Shown piece after piece: positions 11,651 through 26,000 of a DNA stretch of 64,000 nt (positions within the stretch are counted from its first letter, which is position 1; the number at the start of each line of letters is the position of its first letter). Origin of the DNA: Tubiluchus corallicola (taxonomy: Eukaryota; Animalia; Priapulida); assembly GCA_030141605.1 (NCBI GenBank), contig JAQGDQ010000247.1:248001-312000 (forward strand). Direction: 5' to 3'. The notes beneath the pieces are model-generated. The model did no database searches. It was not told where the DNA came from and saw only the letters and a list, made by a program, of their open reading frames with translations. Made by a program: the position numbers and the translations under genes.

Positions 11651-12260
11651 TATAAACAGAAGGAAAGTAGTAACTTTGACTGCATAAACAAAGTTAATAG
11701 TAAGTTGATTGTGCAACCAAAGCACTTTACCTCTCTTTATGTTCTTCTTTTCTGTCAGGGAGCTGACTAGATTACCAATTGGTCTTTCGCTGCCATCTCT
11801 TTACAAAATGTTTCCGAAGTATCTTTTGCATTATGTCTGTAACAAGACAAAATAAAGATATTATTATGTTCTCATATCTTCTTTACATTATTCCATTTCT
11901 CTTTTCCTTTATCTGTTACTCTTCTGTTTTACTTTCGCTGATTATAAAGATAAAACAAAACAAAAAATCTCATTGGAAACAAAAGTTCTAAACTACAATA
12001 GAAGAAGCAAGATGCGCGTCGGCATTGAAGGGGGTATAGATGAACCTGATTTGCATCAACATCTGTAGCGACAGCATCAGTTAGACTTACAGAAAATTCC
12101 CAGTGGTAATAAATTTGAAAGAATTACAGAAATCTGGTGGACAAATCATAAATTTTGCAAGTTTCGTTCTTGTGAAGTTCTTAGCAACATTGAAAGACAC
12201 GTGTGCCATTACCGAGGGATTCTTACATAGCCAGAACAATGTCCGCAGATTTGCTTTACT

Positions 12261-13102
12261 GGGCCCTTTCACAGTGAGGACGCACATTAAAATGCTTTGA
12301 GGAGAAATTCCTGGTGGTTTTCCTCACGAAAATGCAACACATTGTTTTCTATAGCGCGTTTCACAGTGACGCCTCATGGGGAATTTTCAGTGTGAAATTC
12401 ATCGTGAGGAATCCTGTCGCCAGCTAGAACCTATGCGTCCTCCTCACAATGAAAATTACCACATGGTAGGAATACTGCATGTTCTATTTTCGTGAGAATT
12501 CCTCGTGGAATTCTTATTAAAATTTAACTACTCAGTTATTTCTTCCTTGTTTAACACACAACAATTAACACACTTCAGCATAAAATCAGAAGATTTCATC
12601 TCCCTTTTAACAGGACGACTTTGTGTTTTATTAATGCAACAGCGATGGCTATATTCGTGAAAAAACAAGCATATATTTATATTATATATGCAGATTTTCA
12701 TACTTTGAAGTGGTTAGTAGGACTTTACTAGAAAAAGACAAACAGGTCTAACATTACATTGACTAATATTATTAATTGTATTTTAATGTGCATACAAGGT
12801 TGCAATAACGCAATGATGCTGTCTTGTTTCGTTAATTGGGTGTACCCAATAATGACGGTAATTAATACTATAGTAATAATAGTAAGCACTCGGTAACGTC
12901 GTCTTCGTTGTCCATGTTGACGAGTGATAGCTTATTGCCTGCAACTCTCAAAGTTACCTCCAGCTAACTGGACGCACGAAAAAACCCGGTGTTTCACTGT
13001 GAAATGAACTTTCTTGCTGCATTAGATTTGGTTAAAAATCGGAAATTTTCTGACAGTAGTTCCGTGCATCATTTTCCTTGCGCCCTTACTGTGAAATGGG
13101 CC
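12261..13102. mobile_element. Non-autonomous TIR element, PIF/Harbinger-like (~840 bp)
   Basis: Ends GGGCCCTTTCACAGTGAGG...CCTTACTGTGAAATGGGCC are inverted, with internal repeats of TTCACAGTGA/GTGAAAT/GTGAGGA. No clean TSD. Confidence 0.55.
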
Positions 13103-14102
13103 TAGACGGACTCTGTTCTTGACGTGTGTAGAACAAAATATGATGATCAAAATGGTTTGTTTTGTTGCATAAGTGGTTACTACTACTGGTACTGATGAAC
13201 TTCTAGACAGCGTTTAACTGAGCTTGTACGCTGAATGTTTATTTTCATAACAGCTGGTTGCTTTGCGGGTAATGCGAGATTGTTGGTTTTGATGGGAATG
13301 ATAGATTTTCTTAACGATGACCTCCTCAATGGTCAGATTTTAACTGGCATTTGTTTGCTTTGCTGTTCGGGGTCAAGTAACTTGGTGTATGCATACATTA
13401 AAGCAAAATTATAGAATTGGAAGATGTATGTTAGTTTACTGCAAGGTCTGAGTTTCATAAAATGCCTCAAGATTTAGACAAAGTCGCAATAGATTTGCGT
13501 GCGTGTCACCATATTGCATGAACCATCAGAGAAAAAATTTCCTTGCGTAGAGTCTCTACTTCTTCCGCATTTTACCTACCCTCTAAATTGCTTTTACATA
13601 ATGCTTGTCGTGGATAAAGCCTTAAGATTGTGTAGCTTATTCTTCCCTATTGCGCATGCCTCCTAGTAACATTTATGAGCTTGTGTTCTGATCTTACGAA
13701 TAGTCCTACAACACAGTACACAAAAATATCGTAATTCATACCCTTGAAAAATATCGTACCGTAGTACCTACGCGCAGAATTAAGTTTTTACTTGTCCAAA
13801 TTTTGTGAAAGCCAGTCGTGATATACTTTTTGCTAGTAGCAAAAATATTTGGTTGTTTTAGGGTGATTTCTTGTGATGAGGTGGCAGCACACAGTAGGAA
13901 GAAATTAAATTTAAATTGTGGATTTTGGAACTTATGTTGCAAATAAATATATAAAAATGTAGAATGTTTTCTCTTCTACTAATTATTTACAGTCATAATT
14001 TGAAGATTATTGTCAGGCGGTTATAATTCTTTAGAGTGATGGAACGAATCAACAACTAACTGAAATCTTTGAAAAAACTTACATAAAAATATCAATAATG
14101 TA

Positions 14103-14185
14103 AAAATGTCCGAACACAGACTGGATTTGAACCAGGGACTTTGGGCTGACCTGGCGGATGTCAACCGCTGTGCTACCTTGCCCCC
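14103..14185 (-). mobile_element. tRNA-derived SINE head or tRNA pseudogene
   Basis: Minus strand has an A box (TAGCACAGCGG), a B box (GGTTCAAATCC) and a T run. The anticodon and acceptor arms do not pair cleanly. Confidence 0.6.
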
Positions 14186-15276
14186 AGCGATCTTGAGAGA
14201 TCCTAGTTAATCCTTGTGCCTGGCCAATCATTTGGCATTTCTTAGAGTAGTCCACCCACTACATTGATACTATCCTAACGAATTAGATTACTTTAGTTTA
14301 ACTAATTTGTTCTCTTTAATCAATTTATTTTAATAAAATTAATCTAATTCATTGGTAATTACTCTAGGGTTAGCGAACGAATTCTTAAATGAATAGGCAG
14401 TCTAGGACCTGTCATTAATTGTCATAATCTTGAATGTTGATCAAGATTATTATTAGTTCACATTTCCTGTCTTTCAAATTTAGTTTCAAAATTTAATTAA
14501 CTGTGAATTTGTAACATCATGAAAGCCTATCGTGACTGCTGGGACACGGTAATCTTGCTGTTATGGCACTGCTGGGTAAGGGAAAGGACCCTGGTTAAAA
14601 TCAATGCCGCATCCCGAATTTTTCACGTTTTTTGGCTTTTGCGTACATTTAGTTTCAAAAACTTTAAAGTGTGAGACGTTCCATTATTTGTCTGCTACTC
14701 TTATAAGTAGCTTGTGATATATTATGTACGTGAAGACTGTAGGGGCATCAAAAATTATATCAATTATCATTTAATAATTATCTATACTAAAGCGTTCAGA
14801 AGCAGCGGTGTTACTGTCGACAGGTGCTTATTATGTGGGCAGGCATTATTTTCGCCTAGTGTCTGCTCTCTCACCTAATATAAATCGAAAAAGAACAATA
14901 TAAAAATTTAACAGCAAACAAAACGAAAATTTTATTAATCATTTTTCTTCAGCCTGACCACAGTTACCTGAATGAATGGGAGGACTCTGGGGCTGGGTTA
15001 ATTCGCACTGAGAGGGGTTACAAAGCAGCTGAGGTTCGCTGTAATGTCCTCAGATGATCCAGAGAAGAAATTGGGCCTGTTCTGTCTAACTACGCCTGTA
15101 CTGTCTAATTACGCCTGTTCTGTCTAATTCAACTGTTTCTTGTTTGCTGATGATTATGATTATCATCAATAATATGATTACTTGTATCAGTTCTTGTATA
15201 ATTATTAAAAGTACCTATGTAAAGTACACCTTCATGTGTACTTTACACATAAACCAGTGTCCATAAACACATAAAC

Positions 15277-15523
15277 ATATAGTCTAGTGGTAATGTGAGG
15301 GGGAGGTCGCCTGGGAGTCGTGAGATCGATACTATAGCCGGGTAATACCAGACTTTAAAAATGGTGCCTGCCTATATATGCCCTGTTTGTGGCGTCGTGT
15401 TTAGGATAAAAGCAGAATAACAATAGTCTCTGTTTTGTAGCTGTAGGATTGTTATTTACAGTCGGCAAAAAAGCTCTTTGAGTTTATTATAATTGTTTAT
15501 ATAAAAGCCGACATTAAATAAAG

Positions 15524-15611
<88 letters not shown>
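15277..15611 (+). mobile_element. tRNA-derived SINE relic ending in an (ATT)n tail
   Basis: A box TAGTCTAGTGG, degenerate B box GAGATCGATAC, body ccgggtaataccagactttaaaaatggt, and a pure (ATT)n tract at 15524-15611. Confidence 0.5.
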
Positions 15612-15612
<1 letters not shown>

Positions 15613-15894
15613 CTCTAGCCTGTAGGTTTCGGCCTGGAGACAAGGCCCCACTGGGTTGCGGGACCGTAGTCGATTTTTATTTTTAATAAAAGATGATAAA
15701 AAATTCTTGTTCATTGATTGATATTTTACAAAATAATGCTTTTTTGTTAAACTAAGAATTTAAAAACTCTGTACTTGCGGATTATCTGCATTATTACGCG
15801 CCTCACCAACTGCAAAACAACGTTTTTCCTTATTAAAAAATCTCTCTTTGTTAAAAACTAGCAAATGTTGAGGACAGCATAATCAAAAGATAAT

Positions 15895-16258
15895 GAAGCT
15901 AAACAGCGCTGAGCTTGGTTAGAAAGTGAATGAATGAGAAAGCTAGCAAAGTAAATGACTACTAGGAAAACTAGCAAAGAAAGTGACTACTGGGAAAACT
16001 AGCAAAGAAAGTGACTACTGGGAAAACTAGCAAAGTAAATAATATCTGGGAAAAATAGCAAACTGAGTGACTACTGATAAAACTAGCAAAGTGGATGACT
16101 AGTAGGAAAACTAGCAAAGAAAGTGACTACTGGGAAAATTAGCAAAGTGAGTGACTACTGGGAAAATTAGCAAAGTGAGTGACTACTGGGAAAATTAGCA
16201 AAGTGAGTGACTACTGGGAAAACTACCAAACTGAATTGCTGCTGGAAAAACTAACAAA
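15895..16258 (+). repeat. 5S-derived head followed by a 28-bp minisatellite (~11 copies, GACTACTGGGAAAACTAGCAAAGWRAGT)
   Basis: gaagctaaacagcgctgagcttggttagaaagtgaatg is followed directly by tandem units with a 28-nt period. Confidence 0.8.
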
Positions 16259-17577
16259 TCAATCTTACATGTCATCTATTCTGAGGTAGGCGAGCTGAAA
16301 GGTGTTCCCATACAATGGTATCATTGTTTAGCACATTGCACTCAAAACTTACACCTGGCTAGGTATTTTGGTAACTAAAAGAAGCCATCAGTAAAAACGA
16401 CATCTGTTCTGTACTTCACTCATAATTTGTATGATAAGTAATGAGCTGTTAAATATCTTACAAGAGAAAGAGACCGAAAAAGACAAATTAGCCATAGTTT
16501 ATTGCTCTACTGGCGGATTACACGCGGCAGCTTTTTTTATAAATCTTTAGTATGAGTGTCTAACTGTCCGACTCTCACAGCTGCTGTTTTCGACGATGTT
16601 TGTCTTGTAAAAAAATCTCCGAAAAACACTTAAACCGAAAGAAAAATATTATGATCGGCAGAATTTTTTATTTACATAGTAAAAATGCAGATGTTCGGCT
16701 TGTTTCAGCAGAAAAAAATCGCAACTGCTGAAGAATGGCGTGGTGGTACTGCTGACTCCATTTCTTATTATATTGTATTGCCAAACGGGGAACGCGGATT
16801 ATATCACTGATTGCTGTTTTGAGATTTCCTAAAAAAATCTTCATCAACCGTCTGATGTGCTGCATAAAATCTTTTCCTTCATATTAACAGGTTGCACCAG
16901 AAGTCAGTGCCTGTTAAATTAATCTTTAAGGCCATTTCTATTTCAACTATACTTCCTTCACCGAAGTTTGGAGCGCTCCATGTTTAGCAGAAATACTAGC
17001 TTACCTGCAAGTACCCTGTGTGCTTTCCACATAAAGATTATACGTTCTTTTATGTGAAATTAAGGTAGGCAGAAAACACGAAAAACATCTCTAACTTTTT
17101 GCTGAAATTAAATTTCTACAATATTTACAAGTGAATTTACTCGCCATACGAATTAAAACTTTGTTGGAGTGATTGCAGACCCAACAGAAGCATTGTCATT
17201 TCAGAAACTTGGCAATAACTACCAGCGCTGTCTCGTCTCGTTTTGTATTTTTCACTGCATTTGAAGTACAAGCCACCTTCGCAACACTCTCTGTAATACT
17301 CTGAGGCACAGTAGTAACAAGCAACCTTTGGCAAACAACGTGAATTAACACGTTTTATGGCTGATATTCTCATAAATATGGATTGCGAGTGATAGCTAAT
17401 TTGCTGGCATTGGGTGATGTAAGCACTAAAGGGTTGAGTCTCAACCCTTGTAATCAACCATTGAGAAATATAGGATGGTAGTTAAGGGAGAAACAACGGT
17501 ATGGAAAACAGGTCATTTGGAAAAACAAGTTGTGAGAATAAGATAATGCCCTTCTGAGACTTGCCATGGTCATAATT

Positions 17578-17768
17578 TCGTAATAGAAGTCCTCAAAAAT
17601 TCTTTATTTTTTTCATGAGCTTTCGTACCTCTCGGATTTTATCGGCAATTCTAAAAAGAATTATGTCTAAAAAAATCCCAGAGGAAAAGACGTATCAGGC
17701 GAGTTGCACACTTGTAGAAAAAAATAAAGAATTTTTGAGATTTATGGGCATTTGGACTTCTTTTACGA
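17578..17768. mobile_element. MITE-like inverted-repeat element (~190 bp)
   Basis: Inverted pairs tcgtaatagaagtcc/ggacttcttttacga and ctcaaaaattctttattttttt/aaaaaaataaagaatttttgag. Confidence 0.55.
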
Positions 17769-20057
17769 TTAGGTAGTAAGAATGTTTAACTATAGAGAGG
17801 TATCGATGGTATAACTATACGGATATGCTGATGTATGAGGACTGGCTGGATAATTAGTGGGAGGCAGAGTTGTACTGCTTTGAATAAATATAATTTAAAA
17901 CTAAACTAAATTGTTAACCTGATCTTTCTGTAAGTGCAGAATACTGGTTCATTCACATTTACGATGCTGGCAATATTGCAAGACTTCTACAACTTCTCGT
18001 ATTGCAACGTTGTAAACACGCTGCTAGAATTTCTCAGTGGTCAGTAAGATCGCAATCCAAGCCTCAACCAAAACAATAACAAACAATACTAAGGGAATCC
18101 GCATTTCTTTTAGTATTATACTAGAGAAGATATTTGGCGATTCCATCATTTCAGTTCATTTCACTAGAAAGTCTTTGTCCCCATAGGCCATAGAGGCATA
18201 TTCTCTCATGATTAGTTTCCAAATGAAATTCCAACAGGATAGGGATGTAATCCTAGTGTATCATTCCGTCACATGATGTCAGCTGCCGCAGGTTTCACAT
18301 TTCCAATTCTCGAGTTCGACGGCATGTCATTCACATAACTGTTTTTATTTTCCACTCGTTTTCTTTTTCTGTAAGCGACGGATTATGTGCTTTGTTAGAG
18401 GCGATACATATCAGCGGGGGTATTCAAGTTTCAAACTCTGACCGCACAACAGTGACATTACTTAAGACCAACTTGAACCAATATAAAAATATAAGAATTT
18501 CTAAATTCTTTGCGAATGTTTTGTCACTTTTGTTTTTGGAAATGTAGAACTTAGGATCGTGACGATCACAATCAGAATCAGCGCTGGGGCACGCCCGCCA
18601 TGTTGTACACGCGCCACTGTTTTCGTAAGAAACGTAAAGACATGAAATGTTTTACTTTGATACACATCTGAACATCTGCAATAAATGAGCATTTGTTTTT
18701 GGCAAACAACGTGCATTCTGGCTACCACATTTTAAGTAAACATACAACAGCGGAAAGAAAATAAAAACATCGTTTTGGCCATGTGGCTACTTGCTTTGGT
18801 ATCTAGATCGCTTGAGGGTGAAAGTTAAACTTTCTACTGTTGTAATTGAATCTAGGTTCCTATAAGGAGCTAGAAGGCTGCGTGTTTTCGATTCATAAAT
18901 AGTTCCTAATCTCCACAGCATAGGCTAGCAGGTGTTACATAGTGCTGAGAAACCCCACCAACCTTGATATCTTCTCTCTCTAGAGCATTTGTGAAATCAT
19001 TCAAGTCAACACTCTGCATAGTAACACAAATGTGGTAAATATTGAATTCCAGTCGCTTATTAAAACGATCACGTGTATTTACAAGTAACAGATTGTAAAA
19101 TTTGTGTTAATATTATGTGGGTTCAATAATTTATGCTAAAATTATTGGCTGTGAATGCTGTTACACGAATTAATGCTGTTACGGTTGTCAAAACACAAAA
19201 GTATTTACAGTTGTCAAATGTCATGAGAATTTTTGTATTTTCATGAGAGTATTTTGTATTTTGTATTTTTGTACACAAGAAAACACAAATCAAAATAACA
19301 TACTACCTGTAATGATGCAAGTATAAATCTGTAAAAATAGTAGCTTGCAAGATCGCTGAACATAGCACTTATTATAATTGCTGTAATTAATATTATTAAA
19401 GTTTTAAAAAATATGACTCGAATAGCACAGGGGGCGTGACAAATACTATACTAGAATTTGCAATGATAAAAGCGTAAAAATTATTTAAAAACATTTCAGG
19501 GGTTTTTAGATAAAAACCGACTTACTGTGGATTATTAAAAGCAATAAAACTCGAAAAACGAACTGTATTGCATAATCATGCCAGCTTACAATCAAGTTAT
19601 AGGAAAAGAAAAAAGTAAAAAGAGGCAAATAATTTGATATACTCATGTGGTTATGTTTCAGAAGACACTGTTCACAATTTTTGCACCCATGAAATGATTT
19701 GGTTTTTTTATTTAAAAATGCATCACGTTAAAACTAGGCCCATTGAAATGCTTAAGAAATAACAGGAACAAACAACTCTTGAACAGGTATACATACAGCC
19801 ACATAAAAAGGCACATATACTTGTACATGCATTATCTCGTGTGTCTACTAACCTATCATAAAATTGTAACATTTCCTAGAAAACAGTCTTAACGACTTCT
19901 GCGCACAGTTACTCTCTAGTCCTGTTTGGAAGACAACCATTAAGAACTTTCTACCATCTCAGCTGATGCTGTCCAGCAAACCAACTACATGTCTTTAATT
20001 GAAAAATCAAAACTGTTTAATCTAGCAGTAACAATTTACAATAGACATTCACTTCCA

Positions 20058-23000
20058 TCACACCAGTATAAAACTTGGTAAGCTGAAGTCTGAACAGGTG
20101 CAGTCTTGAATCACTTCTTGTTGGATCCATCGGCCGCTACAACCAGGTACATTAGTGGCCTTCCATCGTGTTTCCACACCACCAATGCCTTGACCCTTGC
20201 ATCTGAAATGACAAAATATAGAGAATTTGAGTGAACAAAGACACTTCACTTGAAGACTGTGAGTGTGTGAAACCCTGCTTTTCAACATTAACAAACTATC
20301 ATTAAATATATTTTGCATGTGCTATGCCGCCATCATGCACAGATAAAAAATGCGATTCGCAAACACATTAAATTGCTCCCAATCTACTCTGCTTCCCTCA
20401 TTTTTCACTTTTTCTTTCTCTACCTTACCATATTTCATTCCAGATGATATCCTAATGACAGGATAGAGAAACCAAGTTCTCTTCCACGGCTTTTGCAATT
20501 ATTTTCTTTTTCGATATCTTTCTTCAGTCACAAAGCATCTGTACTCAAAAATTTTTAGCGTCTCACATTTTCCTATACCCAAAGTTTGTGATTTGTTCAC
20601 CATCAAATTGCTCTGTGTGGAAAATGCTTTGCTTTCCAAAAATCGGTGCGGCCAAATTTGTGTGTCAGAAATTCATTAGCGACTATAACCAAAATACTTG
20701 TCTATATAACATTTTGGAAAATATGAATACCTAGATCCGTTATCCATTGACATGGCATACGGTTGACATTCTACACACACTTCAGTTCCTGGTTTGGTCA
20801 AATTCTTGGTCCATAAATCAAAGCTTGCATCGCATTTATGTGATCTTGTAACTTCAAATTTCAGACAATACCTGCAGAGAATAGATTATGAAATAACATT
20901 GAAGTTTCGCCTTTCAAGCATCTAATTGCACAAACCTCCTCTTGACCATGCAGCATAATTTGGAAGTAAACTAGCGAAATGATGCTGATGCTGATGGAGA
21001 TGATGCCGATGCTGAACATCGAGTACTAAAAAGCACCAAATATTTATTTTATAAAAGTGGTGACAATGATGAAGCCGATGACGATGTGGATAGCAACAAC
21101 AACAACAATGATGATGCTGATCACGCAGATGACAATGATGATGATGATGGCAATGATGATGGTAATGATGATGATGATGTTGATGATATGATGAAGATGA
21201 TGATGATAAAACGATGATATTGATGATGATGATGAAGATGATGACAATGATGATGATGATGATATGTGATGATGACGATAATGGTGATGATAGCGACAAT
21301 GATAATGATGTTGATGCTGACAACAATAACGATGATGTTGATAACCATCCCATCTTACTTCCTTACCTTTTGTGTTTTCTGTTGTACAAATGCTTGTAGT
21401 AATGTTTCTTCAGGTTGTGGTTGATATCTTCCTCTGGTTTGTAATTTCTGGCAGCACCATACTTTGCTGGAAGTAACAGCCCAACCTCTGCAAGAAAAAT
21501 AACTGGTACATGTTTCATATGTAACATACATCATTTTGCTTTTTGTGCACATCCTCGCACTCCCTTTAGAGGCCCACATCCCCTATTACCCGCAGTGGCC
21601 TCATACAAAGGTCATTCACTGTCCCTAGAAATTCCTGCATTCTCATCTTGTTCCTTCCCAATACAGAAGGCTGTCAAAAATTGCTCCCCAAATTTTTTGG
21701 AATTATATTTTGCAATTTTATGAGTTATTAGAAATGGCATTGGACAAAATTGTTCTCCTACCAAATGTAAAAAAAATCAAAACTTTTGTTTCCCAAATTA
21801 GCCAAACTGAAGGGCGCTTAATAGAGGCGCAACTTCACTCTTCGCATGAAGTCACTATTGACAAAAATTTGTATACTGACATTCTTTGAACTAGTTGTCA
21901 TTTTGAACCAAAAAGCATTGCATTTACTTATGATCTGAACCAAAACAAAACTGCCCTACTATCCCCGTGCTACGTATGGTGATTTTGGCTTGAGACGTTT
22001 TGAGTTTATTAAACGGACACACACACAAGCACACAGGCGCACCTAATTGTCTACCCATGGACTATCATCGGACTGGGTAAAAACTACTTGGTAACAATTA
22101 ATGCATCTTGTCAAGTGAAAAACGTTACTGTTATTGAGAGAAACTACCTTTAATCGCTGCCCTTTCATTCTTGGAGCATTGGAAGCCCATGCAGCCCCTC
22201 TTCTCCACTAGGTGAGGACACTTGACCCCACCATTTGATGATTTCTTGATCACGTGACGTGAACGTGTCTTCACTCCGATACCACAATTGCTACTGCATT
22301 TGGACCAGTCAGAGAATTCTGATACGTTACACTCTTCAGCTGCAAGAGACGAAGACACTTTGTTAATTACACAGCGAACAACTTTAAAATTAAATTGACA
22401 CTTGCGGCATGTACATTGCAATATTACATACGTTGTGGATTACGCGGCAACGGCATTACGGCACTACATGATAGTGAGAACAACCACGCTTTGTTGCGTT
22501 GGTATGGTTATGGGGGGGGGGGGGGCGCATGCCGTTTACTTTCGATCCCCCCTCTAAGTTGCCATAGCACTCGTTTAGGGAGGGGGTACGAAAACATTCA
22601 GCATCAACCTTGCTTAGCTTATACAGTGTAGTATGCCTTATAGCATATTATAATAGGGAGTTACTTGAGCCAGTAGGATTAGATGAAACAATCCTCGGGG
22701 AGGGGGGGGGGTTAAAGTTTTATAAAAAAATCCCGACTTTAGTCATTTAATTTTTCAAAATAATTACTATTGCTAATAATTTCATGGTATGTCCATTATT
22801 ATGCTGGTTTGTAAATCTGGCACTCAGTTTTGTCTCAAGTAGCCTCTGATGTCTTAAGTAATCCTGTTTTATATAGCAGTATTTAATTACACGGGGAAAC
22901 TAAATGACGAGACAATGTGTTAACTCTCATTAATAATTCTGGTTAATTATAGACTCATTTTCTATTGTATTTTAGCATAAAGAAGTCTAAAATAATTTCA

Positions 23001-26000
23001 ATGAAAAGAAAAAACAGAAACGAAAACTTTTATTCTTTCATTTGCGAATATAAAATAGCGCCGGAAACAAATGAAAACAATTCGGCAAACTTCATTTGGG
23101 AATTACACAGAATCACTCGCTTCAATTTCTCAAACCCTCTTTTCGTATTCCGAGCAGCCTTCAAATAATGGAAATACGAAAGCAGACTAGAAATGAACAA
23201 TTTTCAGTCTTGTTGAGAAGTATAAAAACACCGATTTGTCCACTCATATAGTCTTGGCACGGTACCTCGTTATTCCAAAATTCTATTCAATGCAAAATCA
23301 GCTTTGCGATCGAAGTAAGGCGCTTCAAACATATTAAGACGAAGAAAACCTTAAATAAACTTTGTGTGCAGCAAGAAACTGATTGTAGTTAATGAATCGC
23401 CTTGTACGATCGTCGCAAAAGTTTGCATCACTTTCACGAATGTTTATTTACAACAGTGAATGTTTACTCTGCTGAGATGGAGTTAAGCGCAAATTGCAAT
23501 AAAATCATGCTACACGAACAACAAAGCTCCAACGGTCATAAACGCCTTGGCACGCTGCGGATAATTAAACAATGCGATGGATAAACAACAAAGTTCAGAA
23601 ACATCGGAAGAGACGAGTTAACATCTTTGTTTCGGTTCAACTCGTGAACTTCAGAAAATTCTAACTATGCGCTTTTATTCACTGGAAGAGTCGTTGAAGG
23701 TTTAACTCTGTGCATAAACTGGCAGTGAATTAGTACCCATAAGTCATAATAGAAGAATTAAACACATTTAGCACACGATCTACGTCAACTAAAGTTTGAC
23801 ATTATTGTCAGTTCATATCGTCAAAAAAATTTCAACAACTTTTCCATTCGATTGCGATTTTAATTGGTGCTGTGCACACATTTAGCAAATGAAAGCTGTA
23901 GAAAAATGCGGACAAAACAAGGTGCCATATCGGTTTATCTCTTGTGTGCCGTATACTACAATAAAGATTTATCTGTATGTATGTCTGCTTGTCTGTCTGC
24001 TTCCCTGTCTGCCTGCCTGTTCGTCTGTTTATGATTGTTCTATCTCTGTATCTATCTATCTATTTATCTGCCTGATACCTAACCAAAAATACCGATCTAC
24101 TTAGATCAACCCTACTTATCTGCCTACCTCTGTCTATCCATCTATCTCCAAATACACACTTGCAAACGTTGCATCTGTGACAATCGCTAATAAGCCTGAA
24201 CCACTGAGGCTACAGTAGGTTTGCTAAAATGTAATTTTGAAACGTAGGGAAAGACAATTATCATGCGTCAGTAATGCAATCATTAGCAAGTACAAGTCTA
24301 GTCTAATCAAGTCTAGTAGACTACATTAGTCTAGTCTAAGCTATACACGCCAAAACGCCAGTACAAATGAAGTCAATTAAAACATCCCCAGGAAAGTAAT
24401 TAAATACAATACACTACGGCGACGTAATTTAAATCATAAATAAGCCTACAATTTCATTAATTACTAAACTGCGTTTATTGAAGCAGAAAAGACTGTAACA
24501 ACTGAAGTGGGACAGGATGTTACATTAATGTAGACCTAGGCTGCAGTTTATTAAGTACAAAATAAAATAGACATAGATCGTACGTGTGTAACAGTCAGGC
24601 CATTTCCGTTTGGTCAACAGGTGTTGCCTTCTAATAGAGGACCAGGGCATGCCTACAATTTTTGTTAAATGCAACTGCTTTGGACAGCCAGAAATAGTAT
24701 GTGTCCTAAGCACGCTCATCTAGTCAACTTCTCTGGCAAAGGACAACGATCGCAGTTTTCAATAACTTTAATCCTACGAACAAGCTGTCCACGTGTTAGC
24801 CACGTGTCACCAATTAGCTATGTGCCATCAGTCGTCATGTCAAACAAATTGCATCCACAAGTTCATATCTTCATGTTGGAACAAACATTAAAAATAATTA
24901 TTATTTTCTCAACCTAGGAGATGTTTTTACTGGTAAGAGATAATTCTGTGAATTTTGTTTTAATGCATTTATTACTGTTATAGTTAACAGATCTCCTGCT
25001 GCTCATTTTTATTTGATAATAATCTTTCTTCTCTTAACCATTTCAACATGTAGCGGCACTGACACAAACGTGACCCTTTACAAGAAGCCACGCGGATAAT
25101 CTTAGAAGGGAGGAGATTATCAGCTTGCGCCCAGAAGAAGCCTGTGAAATGTTCAAGAAATCCAAGATTTACTAATTTCTACAACCATCGCACAACTTGT
25201 ACAACGAAAAGAACCACACTAAAGAAGAGCTTTTTATAAATGCAATTTATTAAGTCACTAGTTTTATGATGAACGACGATTGCTAGTCAAAGGAGAAACA
25301 AACAGAATCGTTAACAAAATATTGTCAAGTATAACAGTTATTTTTAGTTTTGTTAGGATAAACTTTTATTAGCGCATCCATGACACAACACGTATCAAAA
25401 ACGAAAACTGACCTACAAAAGTTGGTTAAGCCTGCTTTGAAAGCTTTCATACAAGCAGCAAGCGTACTATTTAATGCAAATGAAATAGCCTTGTGCAAAG
25501 AATAGTAAAATTATAAATACTTTTTTAAATGTAACAACGAGATGGTGACAAAAATAGTCCAATCCACACTCTTCGTGCAGGAGTAGGCTGTAAATATACA
25601 GATCGATGAAATACAGCGACTGTCTTCGAAGCTCATCATCTGGTCTTGGGTGTTGCTGACCGCTTTCTGTGGGTCTATGACACTGTGGTGTTATTAACCA
25701 ATAAGCCCAATATTGCACATAATATGACCTGACTATACAAACAGTAGGAAAAGACTGTGAGATTCGCAGAAAAACAAATACTTTCCCTGGCTTGATGCGG
25801 AAACTCGACCCTTCAAGTGAACACTAGTGATACAGATGTGTGACAGGGTTGAATGTCCTCATCTACCCTCCTTTAACTAGCTCAAATTATCGTAAAATGT
25901 CTTGTGAAGAAAAGGTTGTCTACTTTCCTCTTTCAATAAACTGGGCACGACATGTACAGCTTTTCCCACCTGCATACCTTTTACCATCTTTCTTGTCTCT

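Noticed and set aside
14103-14185. Functional tRNA gene
   Set aside because: A and B boxes are present but no consistent cloverleaf could be drawn; treated as a SINE or pseudogene.
15940-16258. CRISPR-like 28-bp repeats
   Set aside because: Units are head-to-tail with no spacers, so this is a minisatellite.
20922-21399. His/Ile/Ser/Asp-rich ORFs (similar cases at 11425-11725, 15514-15714, 38824-39063, 41738-41935)
   Set aside because: All are translations of microsatellites.
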